Shown here: positions 25,345 through 39,711 of the stretch, piece by piece
How the letters are laid out: every line of letters begins with the position of its first letter
Numbering within the stretch: the stretch's first letter is position 1
Source of the DNA: Rotaria socialis
Taxonomy: Eukaryota
Length of the DNA stretch: 64,000 bases
Direction: 5' to 3'
Assembly (NCBI GenBank): GCA_905331295.1
Contig: CAJNYD010000067.1
Coordinates: 62,001-126,000 of the forward strand
Notes under the pieces: model-generated
Database searches by the model: none
Told to the model about the DNA's origin: nothing
What the model saw: only the letters and a program-made list of their open reading frames with translations
Translations under genes and position numbers: made by a program

Positions 25345-27212
25345 ATGTCTACGAATACCATTAAAAGTAATGATGGACAACAACAACTACAACAAACGAA
25401 TATAAATCGATCGTCTTATGTACATTTATTTGCTGGAGGGTTCGAACAAAATGAAATAAAGATGCAAATTTCTAATTGTTTTGTTTCTTTTAATTGTAGG
25501 ATTGCTGGTACATTCGGTGCTATATTAACATGTCCCTTAGAAGTAATCAAAACACGATATCAATCATCGAAAAATGCATTTTCTCAGGGGAGAAATCATC
25601 TGAATTTGAATTCATCGACGAGTAATACTACCAATCATTGTACACTATCGGGCGCTAGAAGTCCAAGCATCATAAATTCACTTCGGTATTCATTTAACAA
25701 AAAAGTTCTTTTTCAATTGAGAGTAATCAGTTCGTTTTTCTACTGTACTTCTACTTTAGTCATATTGTGAAATATGAAGGCTTTCGGGGCCTTTTTAAAG
25801 GTCTTATACCGAATCTAATTGGTGTTGCACCATCAAGGTATGAGTAAAATAGTAGAAATAAGACTTTTCTTATGGTTTATTTTGAAATTAACATTTTTAG
25901 AGCGATTTATTTCTATGCTTATGCAAATACGAAATCATTTCTAGTTAGTGAACTGGAACGTGAAACACCTTTAGTACATGTAACGTCAGCAGCTGTTGCA
26001 GGTAGTTTCTTCACTAAAATTATATAATTACAAGAACTGATATTCAAGGTATTGCTATGTCTACTTGTACGAATCCATTGTGGTTTATTAAAACTCGACT
26101 TCAAATTGATCAAGGGTAAGAATAACATTCAGACATAGAAATTCTATGATTCGCAATTCGAAAAAAAAACTGCAATTATGTTCAGATCAGCGGGAAATAG
26201 AATACATGTGTTTTGACCTTCTTGAATGCTTCCAAGAAAAAGACTGCAGGGACTCGTGAAAAGAAGCTAGTACAATGCCTGTGGAGTTAGCATATGAAAT
26301 ACGATCTATCTGCTTCTCTTGATTAAAGAAAATTTTCTTTTTTTTTCATGCAATTCTTCGAATAGACAATAAATAGTACAAAATCTTTGATTCGAACACT
26401 TGAATTTCTACATTCTATGATTTATTTCTTTTTATCATACCGACCGGAACAAATGTCTGTATTTGTTGCGAACTGTGAAAGAATAATTAAGTGTCTAGTT
26501 TTGAATTCAATCAGAAAAACTTCGATATATCTTTTAGAAACATCCGTGCGATTGATCTCATTCGAAATATCTATCGTGAACATGGTATTTCAGCATTTTA
26601 TAAAGGTAAGATAGCGAATCAAATTAGCGAATTGAAAAACAAAAAAATTTCAGGCATATCGGCATCGTATGTTGGCGTATCAGAGACCATAGTTCACTTT
26701 GTAATCTATGAACAAATAAAAGCACAATTACAGCTATTGCAAACAAGTCAGAATCGCCCGTTAGACGATACCGGTCTCTACAATTTTTCATCGTATTTAA
26801 TTGCTGCAGCATGTTCAAAATCATTTGCAACAACGCTATGTTATCCTCATGAAGTCGTTCGAACACGTTTACGAGAAGAAGGTACAAAATATCGAACATT
26901 TATGCAAACATTAAAAAAAGTTTATTATGAAGAAACCATCGCTGGTTTGTATCGTGGTTTACTCACTCATCTTATTCGACAGATTCCAGTAAGCAAAAAC
27001 AACTTGTTAGCTTTTCTGTTTAATCAAATTTTGACTTGTAGAATACAGCTATTATGATGGCTACATATGAACTTGTTATTGCATTCCTTCAATCCAATTC
27101 GATAGTTCCACCGCCGCCTACACCAGTTGTAGTAACCACTTTTCAAAGAAAAAAAGTCCTCGTCGAAAATGTTGATCTCGAAGCCAATGCAGTCAATGAA
27201 GCAGAATTATAA
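25345..27212 (+). CDS. SLC25A36: Mitochondrial pyrimidine nucleotide carrier (SLC25A33/36, Rim2-like)
   Basis: HLFAGG.AGT.GAILTCPLEVIKTR, PNLIGVAPSRAIYF, TNPLWFIKTRLQ, YPHEVVRTRLREEGTKY and RQIPNTAIMMATYE. Confidence 0.92.
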
Positions 27213-28282
27213 TTAGTTAAATACCTCTTTTCTATCTAGTTATGTAAAAAAAAAGGAAACAAACAAACAGTCTTGTTTCTCCTGTAATTTTGTTTTTCTC
27301 CCAAATATTCTTTGTTAAGATAACGTCGATATTTTTTTATACGTGTCTCCTTGCTGGTGTATTAAAAACACATAATATTGTCATTTACTTTAATTGACTG
27401 AATATCATATCTAGAAATAGATCTGATTCTTTTATTTTCTTGAAAACCGGGTGCTCGTTTTTCCATCTAGCTATGTGCCAAATATTGAAAGTTCTTGTCG
27501 TTTTTCTTATTACAACGCCGAGAGTGACTATTTAGTTTTTCTTCCTGCTCGTTTAATACCATACATTGTCTTTCGGTATTCTAGGATATGAAATTTTGTT
27601 TTGTGTTTTTGATAATTGTGAAAATTTGTTTATGTTTTGACATATATTTTGCAAAATAAAAAAAAATAAAACAATCGGATGATAACAATTTCTATCGATG
27701 CTAAAAGAAAGAAAACATTAGTTTAGAAGATCTTCGTTCGAAATATGAATACCAATGAGAAACAGATTCATTCTGAAGACCTAGTGTGCGAACCTAATCA
27801 CCGGACTCCTGCTGTTAGATTCCGATTAGCTTTCTAACAGGGATTTATTGATTGGCACATGCGAGCAATTTGTGAGTTTTTGTAGAATCGAACAAAACTC
27901 ATGCAGCCAATTGATCAGTAGAATAGGTCACGATAAGACAACGAAACTGATTTAATTTTCTAATGTATGATATCTGTTGGATAGGCGAAAGTGTGAAATT
28001 CGTCATATAAGTACAAACATTCAACTACGAGGAAAATTCGAAGAATGATTATATGAAATATAAAAGCAAAATTCGGCTTTTTTTAATGAATTTTATCGAT
28101 ATGCAACAAAGAACAAAAAATATTGTTTTTCTAATGAGCAATTATGACGTTTTGTCTAGAACGATAGATAAACATCACACACACACACATCGTGCTTATC
28201 TCTTTCGTTCACATAGAAACAATCGGATTATGATTCGTATGATATTCCGTTCACATTAGTATAGTTATTCATTCAAACAAAA

Positions 28283-31200
28283 ATGCTGATTCTGGTAATA
28301 GAGAATGTTCATGCATATCGTTTTTCTATGTTTTCATATAATAATTCGTCTTAATAGATTTTTATTCAATGTTTTTTTGTAATTTGTTTGGCATGGCATA
28401 ATATGGATAATAGCCGATTTCATTGTTGGCCATCTAATGCTTCGTCAACACTAACAGAAACACTGGCGCAACATGGATATAATTGTAAAGGTAAAAACTA
28501 GGATGTTTATAAATCTCATATGAATTAATAGAAATATTTTAGGTATTGATGTAAATTGGATTCAACCTCCACCAAAACAAGGTTATTTTTTTTTCTTCAA
28601 ATAAAATTTAATAATGTTTCATTCTATTGTAATTACTATACTATAGTCACTCAAGACGTTCCATTCAATGTAACATATTCAATTGATTTATCAGCTGAAT
28701 TTTTCGATTGGGCAATTTATATACTACCTAAGCCATTATATTCGTCTGTATTGGTCACTTTTTTTATAGATTAAAAATTTTTTTCTTTCGCCCTGATTAG
28801 ACTATCAAATCGAACGATGAATAGTAGTCACGCATGGCACGAATGGTGTTATAATCATGAGCCAACTGTTGACGCCACAGATCCGAGAATTGAATCTGAT
28901 ACTTGTATATGGCACATTAATGTACATGCATGTGCCCTTGGACGTTCGGTACCATATTGCGGTCCTTGGTAATTTTTCGTTTCTTTTTTTGTTTTAATGA
29001 AAAATCTTAAATTATCTATATATGCTTTATTCTATGGAAGGATTCCGCCAAGTGGTGAAATATATCATAGTCTAGTTATGGCAGGACCTGCATCTCGGAG
29101 TAAGTTTTTTAGCATGAATGGAATGAAATGTATATGCAGAATTTTATCTCATTTACTATCAATGAAGATACCTATCGAAACAGTTAACGGCAAGTGGCGC
29201 ACATGCGTTGAATTCAATGTTAATAAGATTCTCTCTGGTTCTTAGCATATCAATCATAGCTTTAGATAAATGCGGAAACATCGGATTCGTATCCGATTGT
29301 TATGTGTACTGCAAAAGCTGAGTCGATTTATACATGTTTTGAATAATTCTGAGAAAAAATCTCTGTAACTCCCCCCCCCCCCCCGCCTTAGGGATGGTCT
29401 GGTCAATAACGACAATTTTTCCGATAACTCAGCCATTTCTTGGCGGATCCTTCTCATCTTCGAACTCGACTGAGATATTGATGATATCATTCTGTGTACA
29501 AAATTTCATGACAATTGGATGAGGCTTTCAAGAGTTATCATGTTAACGGGTGGCCGGACACACTGCCTGAATCTAGAGTGTATTCTCTTTTTGAGTACAC
29601 CATAAAATTTCTTGTTTTTAAGATTGATTTCCGCGACACCAATTTTTATGATTAGTAAATGAGAGAAAATTGCATTAAACTTTAGTTCGATTCAAAACAA
29701 TCTAATCATTTATTTGTAGTTTATGAAAGTACGGTGATTATACCTGTGTTTGGAGTCATAGAAATCATAGCACATTTTAAAATTGGCATTGAAGATTGGA
29801 TTCATATTGCTTTAGTCAGCACGAATATACAAGTTAGTCGCAAAGCAAGTATGTCGTTTTTGTGCTTCTGTTTTGAATAAATATAATGACATGAATATTG
29901 TTTTTGCTTCAGTTTGTGGCGATAAATATTGTGATTTAAATTATGAGAACTGTTCTAATTGTCCAATCGATTGTGGTAAATGTCCTCTAAAGCCTGTTCA
30001 TATTGGTTTTATAACAACGGGCTGCACTCTTCTAGTCGGTTTATTCATCGGAGTTTTTCTAGTAAGCCAGAAAAAAATGAATCATTATTGTACACTTCAT
30101 TGATATGCTATTTAGTACTTTAAAATTCAAGAACAACGCCTGTTATGGGATCCGAGTTGGATTATTGATATTAAAGAAGTTCAACGTAAGACATAATATA
30201 CTAGTTGATAATGTTCAGAGTAGAAATAGAAGCCATAACGGATATGATCAAAGATGAAATTTATAAGGAAGATCATTATAAATTGAATTTTTTTCTCTCT
30301 TCTTGTCTATTTGAAATCATTTCGGAGATCCTTCTTAAGTAGAGTTCGATCGTTCATAAACCATTTTTTATAGTTTAAAAAGTTCTCTGCAGAAATCACT
30401 AACAGTAGAAACGAATGAGTCGAATAATGTTAAATTCGACTATCGTTTTCTTTTATTCCAGCACTTCGGCCACAACAATCAATTAGTTTAACATCCTTAA
30501 ACGATCCGAAAAAGACAAGTATTAGTAGACAACCAAGTGAAACTAACTTAAGTGTTACCACAACTTTTTCAACGATTAGTATTGCACAACAAATTTTTTG
30601 TCCTGCCGGTTATTTGTAAGTTTGGCTTTTTTTGATTGAAAGACACATTAAAATAACGAATTTCTGTGTTTTTAGACGACATACTTGCGTAGCTATTCGA
30701 AAATATAAACATAAACATTTTCAATTGACACGTCGTGTACGTGAACAAGTTCGGCTTGTACGAACATTTAATCATAATAATGTTTGCAAATTTATGGGTG
30801 CTTCATTATTTCCTAATGAAGTTATTATCTATATGGAATATATGCCAAAAGGTTCGTTACGTGATGTTTTACAAAATGATAAAATACCTATAACGTGGCC
30901 ATTTCGGTAAATAAAAATATTGAATGTTAAAGGAATAAAAATTGCTTCGTCACAGGTTTTCATTTGCAATAGATATTCTTAATGGTCTATCGTATATTCA
31001 TAGTCGACATCTTATTCATGGACGACTCAATTCATCGAATTGTGTTGTTGATCAACGGTTAACCATAAAAATCACAGGTAACAGCTTTTGATCCTATGGA
31101 TAAATCTTAGACAAGATAACTGAGAGCGACGATTAAGGAACAAAATACATATTTCTCACCAGATCTCATTTTCGAACGCCTTACATGATAGTTTTACATA

Positions 31201-33816
31201 GAAGAAAGCATTGTGTTAATTTCAATCGGTGCCGAACGTGTTTCCATTTTAGATTATGGTCTTGACGATCTTCGTTTTCATAATATTAGTGTTAACTCAT
31301 ATGTTCAATCAATCGAAGCCTATAAAAGAGCTTATTACGCACCTGAACTAATATCAATTAATGAATTGAAATTAACTCCTCCAATAGATATTTATGCATT
31401 TGGCATTATTCTAAATGAAATAGCAACACGAGCGGAACCGTTTGGGGTTACTATTCATTTTGACTTATGTCAAAAAGGAAAAATATTGATTTGTTTTAGG
31501 ACGATGATATTGAATCGATTATGAAAATTGGTTATCGTCCGAAACTTGCTCAGATGACTTTTGATGTTAATAATGAAAATGAAGACGATTTTTGTCCGTT
31601 ACCATCATCGTATATTCGACTTGTTAAACGATGTATTATAGAAAATCCGTATGATCGTCCAACATGCAAAGATATAGAAAAACACTTGAAGAAAATGTGC
31701 CCATTTCAAATGAGTCCAATTGATTTAATATTTAAAAAGATGTCTCTTTATCAAACAAGTCTTGAACAAGCTGTACAATTACGCACACATGAACTTGAAC
31801 AAGAAAAACATAAATCGGAAAATCTTCTATACAGTAAGTATGAGAGACAAAAATGCATGTTGCAATTCCACTTCATGACTGCTTCTTCCATCTGCCTACA
31901 GAATCACGTGATTCGTTCATATAGACAAAATAAATTAGATTTTGAGTTGTAATTGGTTCTATGCACCTACACTTAATTGCTACTAATACTTCAATTAATT
32001 TTAATGAAAGTGATAAGTTCCGTCGAGAACATTATTTGCGTGAAATTATAATTCGCAGGTAAATTTTCTGAGAACGATTATGATATATTATTAGTGAAAA
32101 ATCGTCACGAATGCGAGGCTTTTTCCTGTGTTCCTTTCCGGTTGTCTTTTTCTTGCTCGATCTATTGATATGTACTATATTGCAGGTATGTTACCGAAAA
32201 GTGTTGCTGAACAATTAAGAGTTGGCCAAATGGTTTCAGCAGAATATTATGAAAATTGTACGATATATTTCAGGTACTGTCTTGGTGATTGTCTACGAAA
32301 ATTTGATCTTGAACTTTTTCATCTGTCCTTAGTGATATCGTTGGATTTACAACTATTTCAAGTCGATGTAAACCTATTGATGTTGTTGAATTTCTCAACC
32401 GGGTTTATACAACATTTGATACAGTTGTTGACCGTTATGATGTTTATAAAGTTGAAACAATTGGAGATGCGTGTAAGTTATTCTAATGTAGATTTATGTT
32501 TTTACATGAGAATTTTTAGATATGGTGGTTTCCGGCGTGCCGAAAAGAAATGGTAATGAACATGCATATCAAATAGCGACCATGGCACTTGAACTTGTTC
32601 GTCAATCAACAAAAAATATTCTTATACCATTTTCAAATAATGAAAAACTTCGAATTCGCGTTGGTTTACATTCCGGTAAATAGGATATAGAGTTGCCTAT
32701 TTGTAGAATTCGATAAGGAATTTTTGTTTTCTATGATAAATTGAAGCAAATATTGACATTCATTCGTATACTATAGATTTACGATTCTTAAATGCGACAT
32801 ATAGAATCGTTCAGGCGTCCTATCGTCTACTTCCCATTACATTTGTAATGTGTGTAAAATGAGTCTTTCATTGATTCTAAAACATCAATAGACAGTCTTT
32901 TAAATCATAAAGTTTTGTCACTGAATAAGAATCATCTCTACAAAACATTATGATTTATTTAGGACCTGTTTGTACTGGTGTTGTTGGTTCAAAAATGCCT
33001 CGGTAAGAACGATGAAAATTATAAATTAAATATTTATTCTAGTTGACTATAGATATTGTCTTTTTGGTGACACTGTAAATACTGCGTAAGCCATTTTCTT
33101 TTCGGTTTTTGTTATTTATAAAATACAAGAAAAAAGATAAATTTAGATCGAGAATGGAATCGAATGGTGAAGGTAAATTTTTTTGAATTAATTTTAAAAT
33201 TCGAAAAAAAACTTTTGATCATTTTTTTCAGCCAATAAAATTCATATGACAAATGATACAAAGGAATTGCTAGATAAAACTGGTCGTTTTCTTATTGAAA
33301 AACGAGGAACAATGCATATCAAAGTAAAATAATTCTTTTAAAATTCCTTTATTTTCTATTTTCGAATCCTCATTCTTATTCATAGGGAAAAGGTGAAATG
33401 GTTCGTAGCTAAATATTTTCCGCATTCAAGATTTCGAAAACGTAGGTCTTTTTCTTATAGACAACTTATTGGCTACTTGAAGAGCTGGAGTCAAAAAATG
33501 ATTGCATCGAAAAAAATCTTCTATACGTACAGCCAAGTAAGTCACTCGAACGATAGTATTCATCATCAAAGTGACAAAATAATCCGTTTCGTGTGATATC
33601 TAACGGAATTTAATATATGCATTTTATTTTAGTAAGGCTTCCACCAATACACAGAAGAGAAGTTTCAACATCACTTCATGTTCCAAGTAATTTTTTTCGA
33701 ATCACTATAAGAAAAACAACGTGCTTTTTCCTTCAGATTCAACAACTATTTCAATTCCACATGGTTCACCATCACCACGAAAGACAACTACTTTCAATTT
33801 AATCTCGATAGAATAG
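28283..33816 (+). CDS. Receptor-type guanylyl cyclase: signal peptide, small Cys-rich ectodomain, TM, pseudokinase, cyclase; >20 exons
   Basis: Signal peptide [18 protein letters not shown] at ~30000-30060; [12 protein letters not shown] pseudokinase; [46 protein letters not shown] (GTP-specific residues). Confidence 0.92.
29268..29607 (-). mobile_element. DINE-1/HINE-like element, copy 2 (in the guanylyl cyclase intron)
   Basis: Reverse complement shares the subTIRs, CAGTGTGTCCG, CAGACCATCCCT, TATAAATCGACTCAG and the TCGGA/TCCGA hairpin with 23750-24179. Confidence 0.8.
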
Positions 33817-34099
33817 AATTCGTATTATATTAAAAAAAAAAATACTTTTGTTCTCAATAAATAAATCTTGTTTCTATTTCATCGAGATTCGAATTCATCA
33901 GACATTTTCTATTCGAACATAAACGTTGAAATATTATTTACGTGACACGACTATTTTTTGTTTGAATTTGATTTTGCAGATCTCCTTTTTTTAGCGTAGT
34001 TACTTTCTTGAAAAAAATTTCAATTATCCATATATACATATATTCCCATTCTTCACACTTAAAAATTTCATCGGTTGTAAAAACAAACTCAAATGGTTG

Positions 34100-34540
34100 T
34101 TCTCTTGACATGGTATGAGAAAAATTTTCTATCTAATCGATACATGTAAATGGTGCTTATGTCTAACGAGCTAATCGAGTAAAATATTTCTTAAATGTTT
34201 TTTCGACAAAGAAATTCTTCACACTTAAACATATGTATAAATGCCCTTGACGACCTGGATATATCTATCGCTATGTATAATAAAACCGATGTCAATGAAC
34301 AGTTGTCTCTCCAACGATCACTTCTTTCGTCTATAAATCGATAGAACTCGTGCGTGGTCTTGTGTCATCTTTGCTTGTATACTATGTAATAATATCCGTT
34401 ATTTTCCTTCTTTTTTCCATTTCTTTCTCTCTCTCTCTCCGTTACATACGTTCTTTCCATGTCTTCGTTTTCTTTCATTTTACTTTTTCTTTTATATATA
34501 GACCACGTCACCACTATCTCTCACATCGCGCTATCATTCA

Positions 34541-34576
<36 letters not shown>

Positions 34577-35873
34577 GGTATTTTTTTATAATTGCCAGTT
34601 CGCCCGTGCATACATTTGATTTTAGTCGACGTGCGTTGTGGCACATACTTCACTATTTCATTTTCGCTCTGTTGTCTATCCTTCGTATGCACATGCGCAT
34701 GTCAAAAAGATAAGCACTTACTATTAGCATGTTCAAATGGGCAACTATTAATAAGACTTACATTTTTACTCAATCGACCTGCAACAGACAAGTAAATAAT
34801 AAAGACGACAAGATCAAAACTTTAAGTAAGTTGAGTTTCTTCTCTTAAATTGACAGTTATATTGACTACTACATGCCGATATCGAGAAATTGATAGTTCG
34901 GAAGTAGAAGAGAAAGAAGAATCAAACCAACGGAGGAGGCTTCTAATGACCATATATGAGATAGGTCATGATATTTACGCATGCTGAGAACTAAAACATA
35001 TACGTACACATTTATTGGACGATCTTGAAACATCGCCTATTGTCGTCAGTCAGTTTTTACATACAAGAGTATGTTGTAACAACAATAAACAACAACAAGA
35101 TCGTCATTTCAGTTATAGGATATAATCAGCAGGCAAAGTATTTGAACGGGTGTACATATAAACAGCTGTATAGAGTAGCCCCATTGTTTTACTACACATT
35201 CTTTTTCTTCTTCTTTTTGATGATGGTGACGTTAGCCATCACTTAGCAATAGAGAAATTCTTTCTACGCGTTTTTACCCTGTGGGATTCTGACTGCTGTC
35301 AAAGTAAGAATAGCAATGGCAGCCGCTACCGATAATGAGACAATACCATTTGGTCTAAGGCATGTAATTGTTGTTGAAACCAAAAAAAACATACAAAAAC
35401 AGAAAACGTGTTTCTGCCTATCTATCTGACACTCGATGCGTGCTGTCACATTTATGTCAAATCTTGTTTCTGAGATTTCGATTTGTGCAATTATCAATCA
35501 TATTCCTTATATTGACATACACACATCTTTGACAGTCCGTCGTCTTGTCTATTTGACATATCTTTTTATTCTTTGTATGTTGTTATTTTAACTGATGACG
35601 CTGCCCGAAAGATACATGTTTTTCCGATTTGCTTCTTACGGCTCGAAGCATTGATAATGGTAGGTTAAGGTTGTGCACAGTGATGCTGATATTGTCATTG
35701 TGTCTGTGTGCTTGTAGGAGGCAAGAAGAAAAAATAATTGAGAGGCAACAAAAAAAAAAGGCAACCATGTAATGAAGATATTCATCACTGAATTATAGAT
35801 TTGTATTGTTCTTGTCTTTCTCTGTAGATTACATCGATGATAAAAAAATGCTCTCTTCTTTGCTCGCCCCTTT

Positions 35874-35909
<36 letters not shown>

Positions 35910-37073
35910 TGTTTGATGTCAATCCAATCACTGGTGCTAGCGAGTAAAAGATCACATCCGTGAGGATACATATTGATGAGCATTATGAGAAAGAAGTAAC
36001 AAGTAAGTAGCATATATATATATATATATATATAAAGAATAAATAAAATTAGGTGAATAAGATTTCTATTTAAAAAAATCCCTTTTTTTTTGTATCATTT
36101 CGCTTTAATTTAAAATATATGCTTGACATATTTATTATTATATCAATAAGAATAATTACTTAAGTTTTGTCTTGATTGTATTCAATTAATATGATCAACA
36201 AAGATATAAATATCGGATGGTTTTTGTTATGATAAACATATTAAATTGTATTTGTCAGTTCTCTTACAAATCCTATTAAGTAATGTTACGTTATTGACCA
36301 GCCAGCGTTTGTTTTTTCTGCGCGTGTATTTATACAACTTTCAAAAAAATGTCAACTGTTCTCTTCACTATCTTTGCATGTTTTTGACGTTTTCAGAATT
36401 TCTTTTCTTTTTTCGTCTTGTCTTTAACTTACCGTCATATAATCAAAGAGCAAACATTAGAAAAAGAGAAGGAGCCTGTTGACAGAAGAGGAAAAAAGCC
36501 CTAAAAGAAAGAGAATAAGAATATCGTCAACGAATAAAAAGTAGCTACTGTACGACGGCACGAGTTTTTGCGTCAATCGAATGATGGTAACTGGTTAGCT
36601 TTCGCAGACAATATTGAGCAACTACTTTGTTCATCATATGCGTATATACATCCATATGTATGTTACAATAGAAGCAGGAAAGCAGCTGTTTATACAATGA
36701 TCTTGTCGTTGTTCGAGATTCACTGAAGTAATGATCGACGATTAGTTGTAACTACTACGACGATGATGATGGCGCCTTCTCGTTTCACTCAACTGGTTGA
36801 ATACATTCATTCTGTCTTCTTTTTTTGCTCGTCTTCTTCTTCTTCGTCTATTATTCCTAATTGCTATTCATAAAAAGCGAATTAACATTGGCCCAAATCA
36901 ATTATAGTGACGTTTATATGTAGGCAAAACAGACAGAAGAAAACGCGAAGTTCTGTTACGTAGGAAGAACATAAGAAATGTGGGAATGATGACAGGCCGT
37001 TAGCTTAACGAGAGTAATAGTCTCTTGAAATTATATACCAACTACCTTAAATACTTTGCATAATTTATACGTG

Positions 37074-37109
<36 letters not shown>

Positions 37110-37657
37110 CAGGTAGCGGAAAAAAAATATATATATATATATATATTACATATTACTATAATTGCAGTTAAATGGTATTTCACCTCGGGCTCTCTCTGTA
37201 TTGACGTTTCATTCTTTTTCTTTTTCGTATGTGAGACAAACAGTTGAACATACCCTTAGGATACATATGTATTTACTCTCGTGATGCTCGCATAGGTTTA
37301 TTTTTCTTTTCATTAGTCACATAATGAGTGGATAGTCTTTATATTCTAATTCTATCAAATGACAATCAGTTGACATTTGGGACGTTGAATAGTCCTTCGG
37401 GAAAGATACATAGGAAATAGCTATATGTACAAGCAGTTATATCGATATTCTCATTATAATTGTTTTTAACGCACACGTATGAATCATTTACTATATAGAA
37501 AGAACGGAAGGGGGTGGTGATTCTATTGATATGTATGATAAATGAGATAGAAAAATGATTTGGAAAAAATGTTTGTTAGCTTTATTTCGAGTTGACAAAA
37601 GATGCAACAATTTACGAACAATTTCTTCTCAAGTAGCGAAGAATAAAAAAAGCAGAG

Positions 37658-37695
<38 letters not shown>

Positions 37696-39700
37696 ACTTG
37701 TTCGTTCATTTATTTGCGTTTGTTGTATATATATCATTTGTCCTATTGTTGTCCATGTAATCATATTGTATATATATATATATATATATTATATACATAT
37801 ATATGCAATACTTGACAGTTTTGACATGTATTATCTATGTCTATGCGTAAATCTGAATATAGGATGTCGTGTGTGAATATATTCGTATTACTTCGTCACA
37901 TTCCATTACACACTTACATTCTTTTGTTGTCGGTCTTCGCTTCTTCACACTCTGATCAAATGAGTAGCGAGTCTCTATATGAACGAATGTATATATGTGT
38001 GTGTGTGTGTGTCAGAAACCTTACTTAGTATTCATACACGCACGCACATGGACAGATCGAATTTGAAGTGTGTTGCTGTTTACTCTTGGTAATTTCCTTC
38101 GAGCATTTAAAAACAACGAACTCTTTCTTCTTATTGATTCAATTAGATCGATGCAGAGATGTGACAAATTCCATTTTTTTTACTTTCAACTCATAAATGA
38201 AAGAAGGTAGTCATAATGCAATTCACGCCGCTGTACATCGAAGAGAAGAAAGAAAAATGAAGAATCATAAAACGTCAAAAGAGAGAAAGCATATGCACTC
38301 AACAAAAAAAAAAGAAAGAAAGAAGGGAGATACGCAGTGGTAGATAACGGATTTGACAAAAGGCAGAAACAAAACGTAAGTTGTTGTGTGTGTGTGTTTT
38401 TTTTGTGCAACTCAGGCCTATTATTAAATGAAAAATTAGATTTGTCCTTTGACTATATAGCATGTTCTTTTGATCTCAGTAGGAAATTTAAAAATCTTCT
38501 TGACACATTGACTATTTTTGCAGCTGTGCAAAAAATTAGAAAAAGTTTGCTTCCAACTGTGATAAGGAAATTCTTTTCAAATCAGGTTATCCTATTTTAT
38601 TTGTGTATCGATCATTTTCAGAGGAAAGAAACACATTAGTCAAACCTTGTGTTAGTGCTTTTCTTTTTTGTTGCCTTCTCGCTAAATGGATATTGAAACA
38701 AGTAGTTCCTTCTTTCTTTCTTTTTGTTTTATGATGATTGATATCTGTAAACAGCTGTTGAGGTGTTGGTATGAATCCACAGACTTAATTAGCGTTGATA
38801 GATTCCTATTCTTTTCCTTTTAAGAGTAAGAAGGGAAATATATATTTATTTATAATAGAAGAAAAGACATCGAAAGCAGTGCTTAAGACTTTAATCTAAA
38901 ATTGGAATTGAGTATAATCTTTCGATTCGTTTCTTCTCTGTAATTTGTATTAATATGTTGATTTATATATGATCAATGAGTGCACAACGAAAGAGGCAAT
39001 GATTTTCGTCGATTCGTTTTCTCATTCGATCGATATCATACCCATCAAATTAATCATTTCGTGTGTTGAATAAGGTGAGGCGACGTCGTATGTCTTATCT
39101 TGTTTCGATTATATGAAGAAGAGAATGCATGTGCCTGTGTATGTGCGCGTGTGTGAACAATAACAATAAAGTAGTCGAGCGAAGGATAGGTTAATGACAA
39201 TCGAGTAAGTTTTTGTATTCTCTTCTTTCCTATTATCGTTATAACTATCAGAAAGATGTGCATTGGAATAAGTTCGTATGAGATGACATCTGTCTTTCAA
39301 CACAAACTTGATAAGACCACCTTAATTTATCTTCATTTTTTCACTTTAGTCTTTCTATCAGTTGACTTTTTTTGATATAGTGTGAGAATAAATAAGCGTC
39401 AAGAAAATATTGCTTTTTCTTCGTCTTCTCGATTATAAAACCATCATATGGTAATTATGAAACGTTGTTAGTCCTGACTTAAGCCATCTGTATTTGATTC
39501 CCGGCTATGACTTTAAAAAAAAACACGCATAGCATAAAAAAAAAGGACGACACATACGCAGCATGCATTCTCAGATAGCGTAAGATAAGAAAGACATTTT
39601 CTTATATCGTACATTACACATTCGAAATATCATTGATATCGTTCTTTGAAAATTATTTTAAGAGAAAAAAAAAGAGAAAAAGAAATTTATTTTCAATTTC
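34100..39700. promoter_or_regulatory. Long non-coding upstream region of TGIF, rich in TGACA/TGTCA motifs and (CT)n/(AT)n microsatellites
   Basis: No credible ORFs; seven TGACA/TGTCA sites within 35297-35558; microsatellites at ~34543, 35880, 36012, 37077 and 37662. Confidence 0.55.
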
Positions 39701-39711
39701 TAGAATATTCA

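Noticed and set aside
27800..27915. Two 8-bp-stem hairpins downstream of the carrier gene
   Set aside because: Short AT-rich stems, compatible with chance or a TE remnant; no RNA-family motifs.
34350..39303. Numerous short ORFs upstream of TGIF
   Set aside because: Low-complexity translations of microsatellites and T-rich DNA; no motifs or exon chains.
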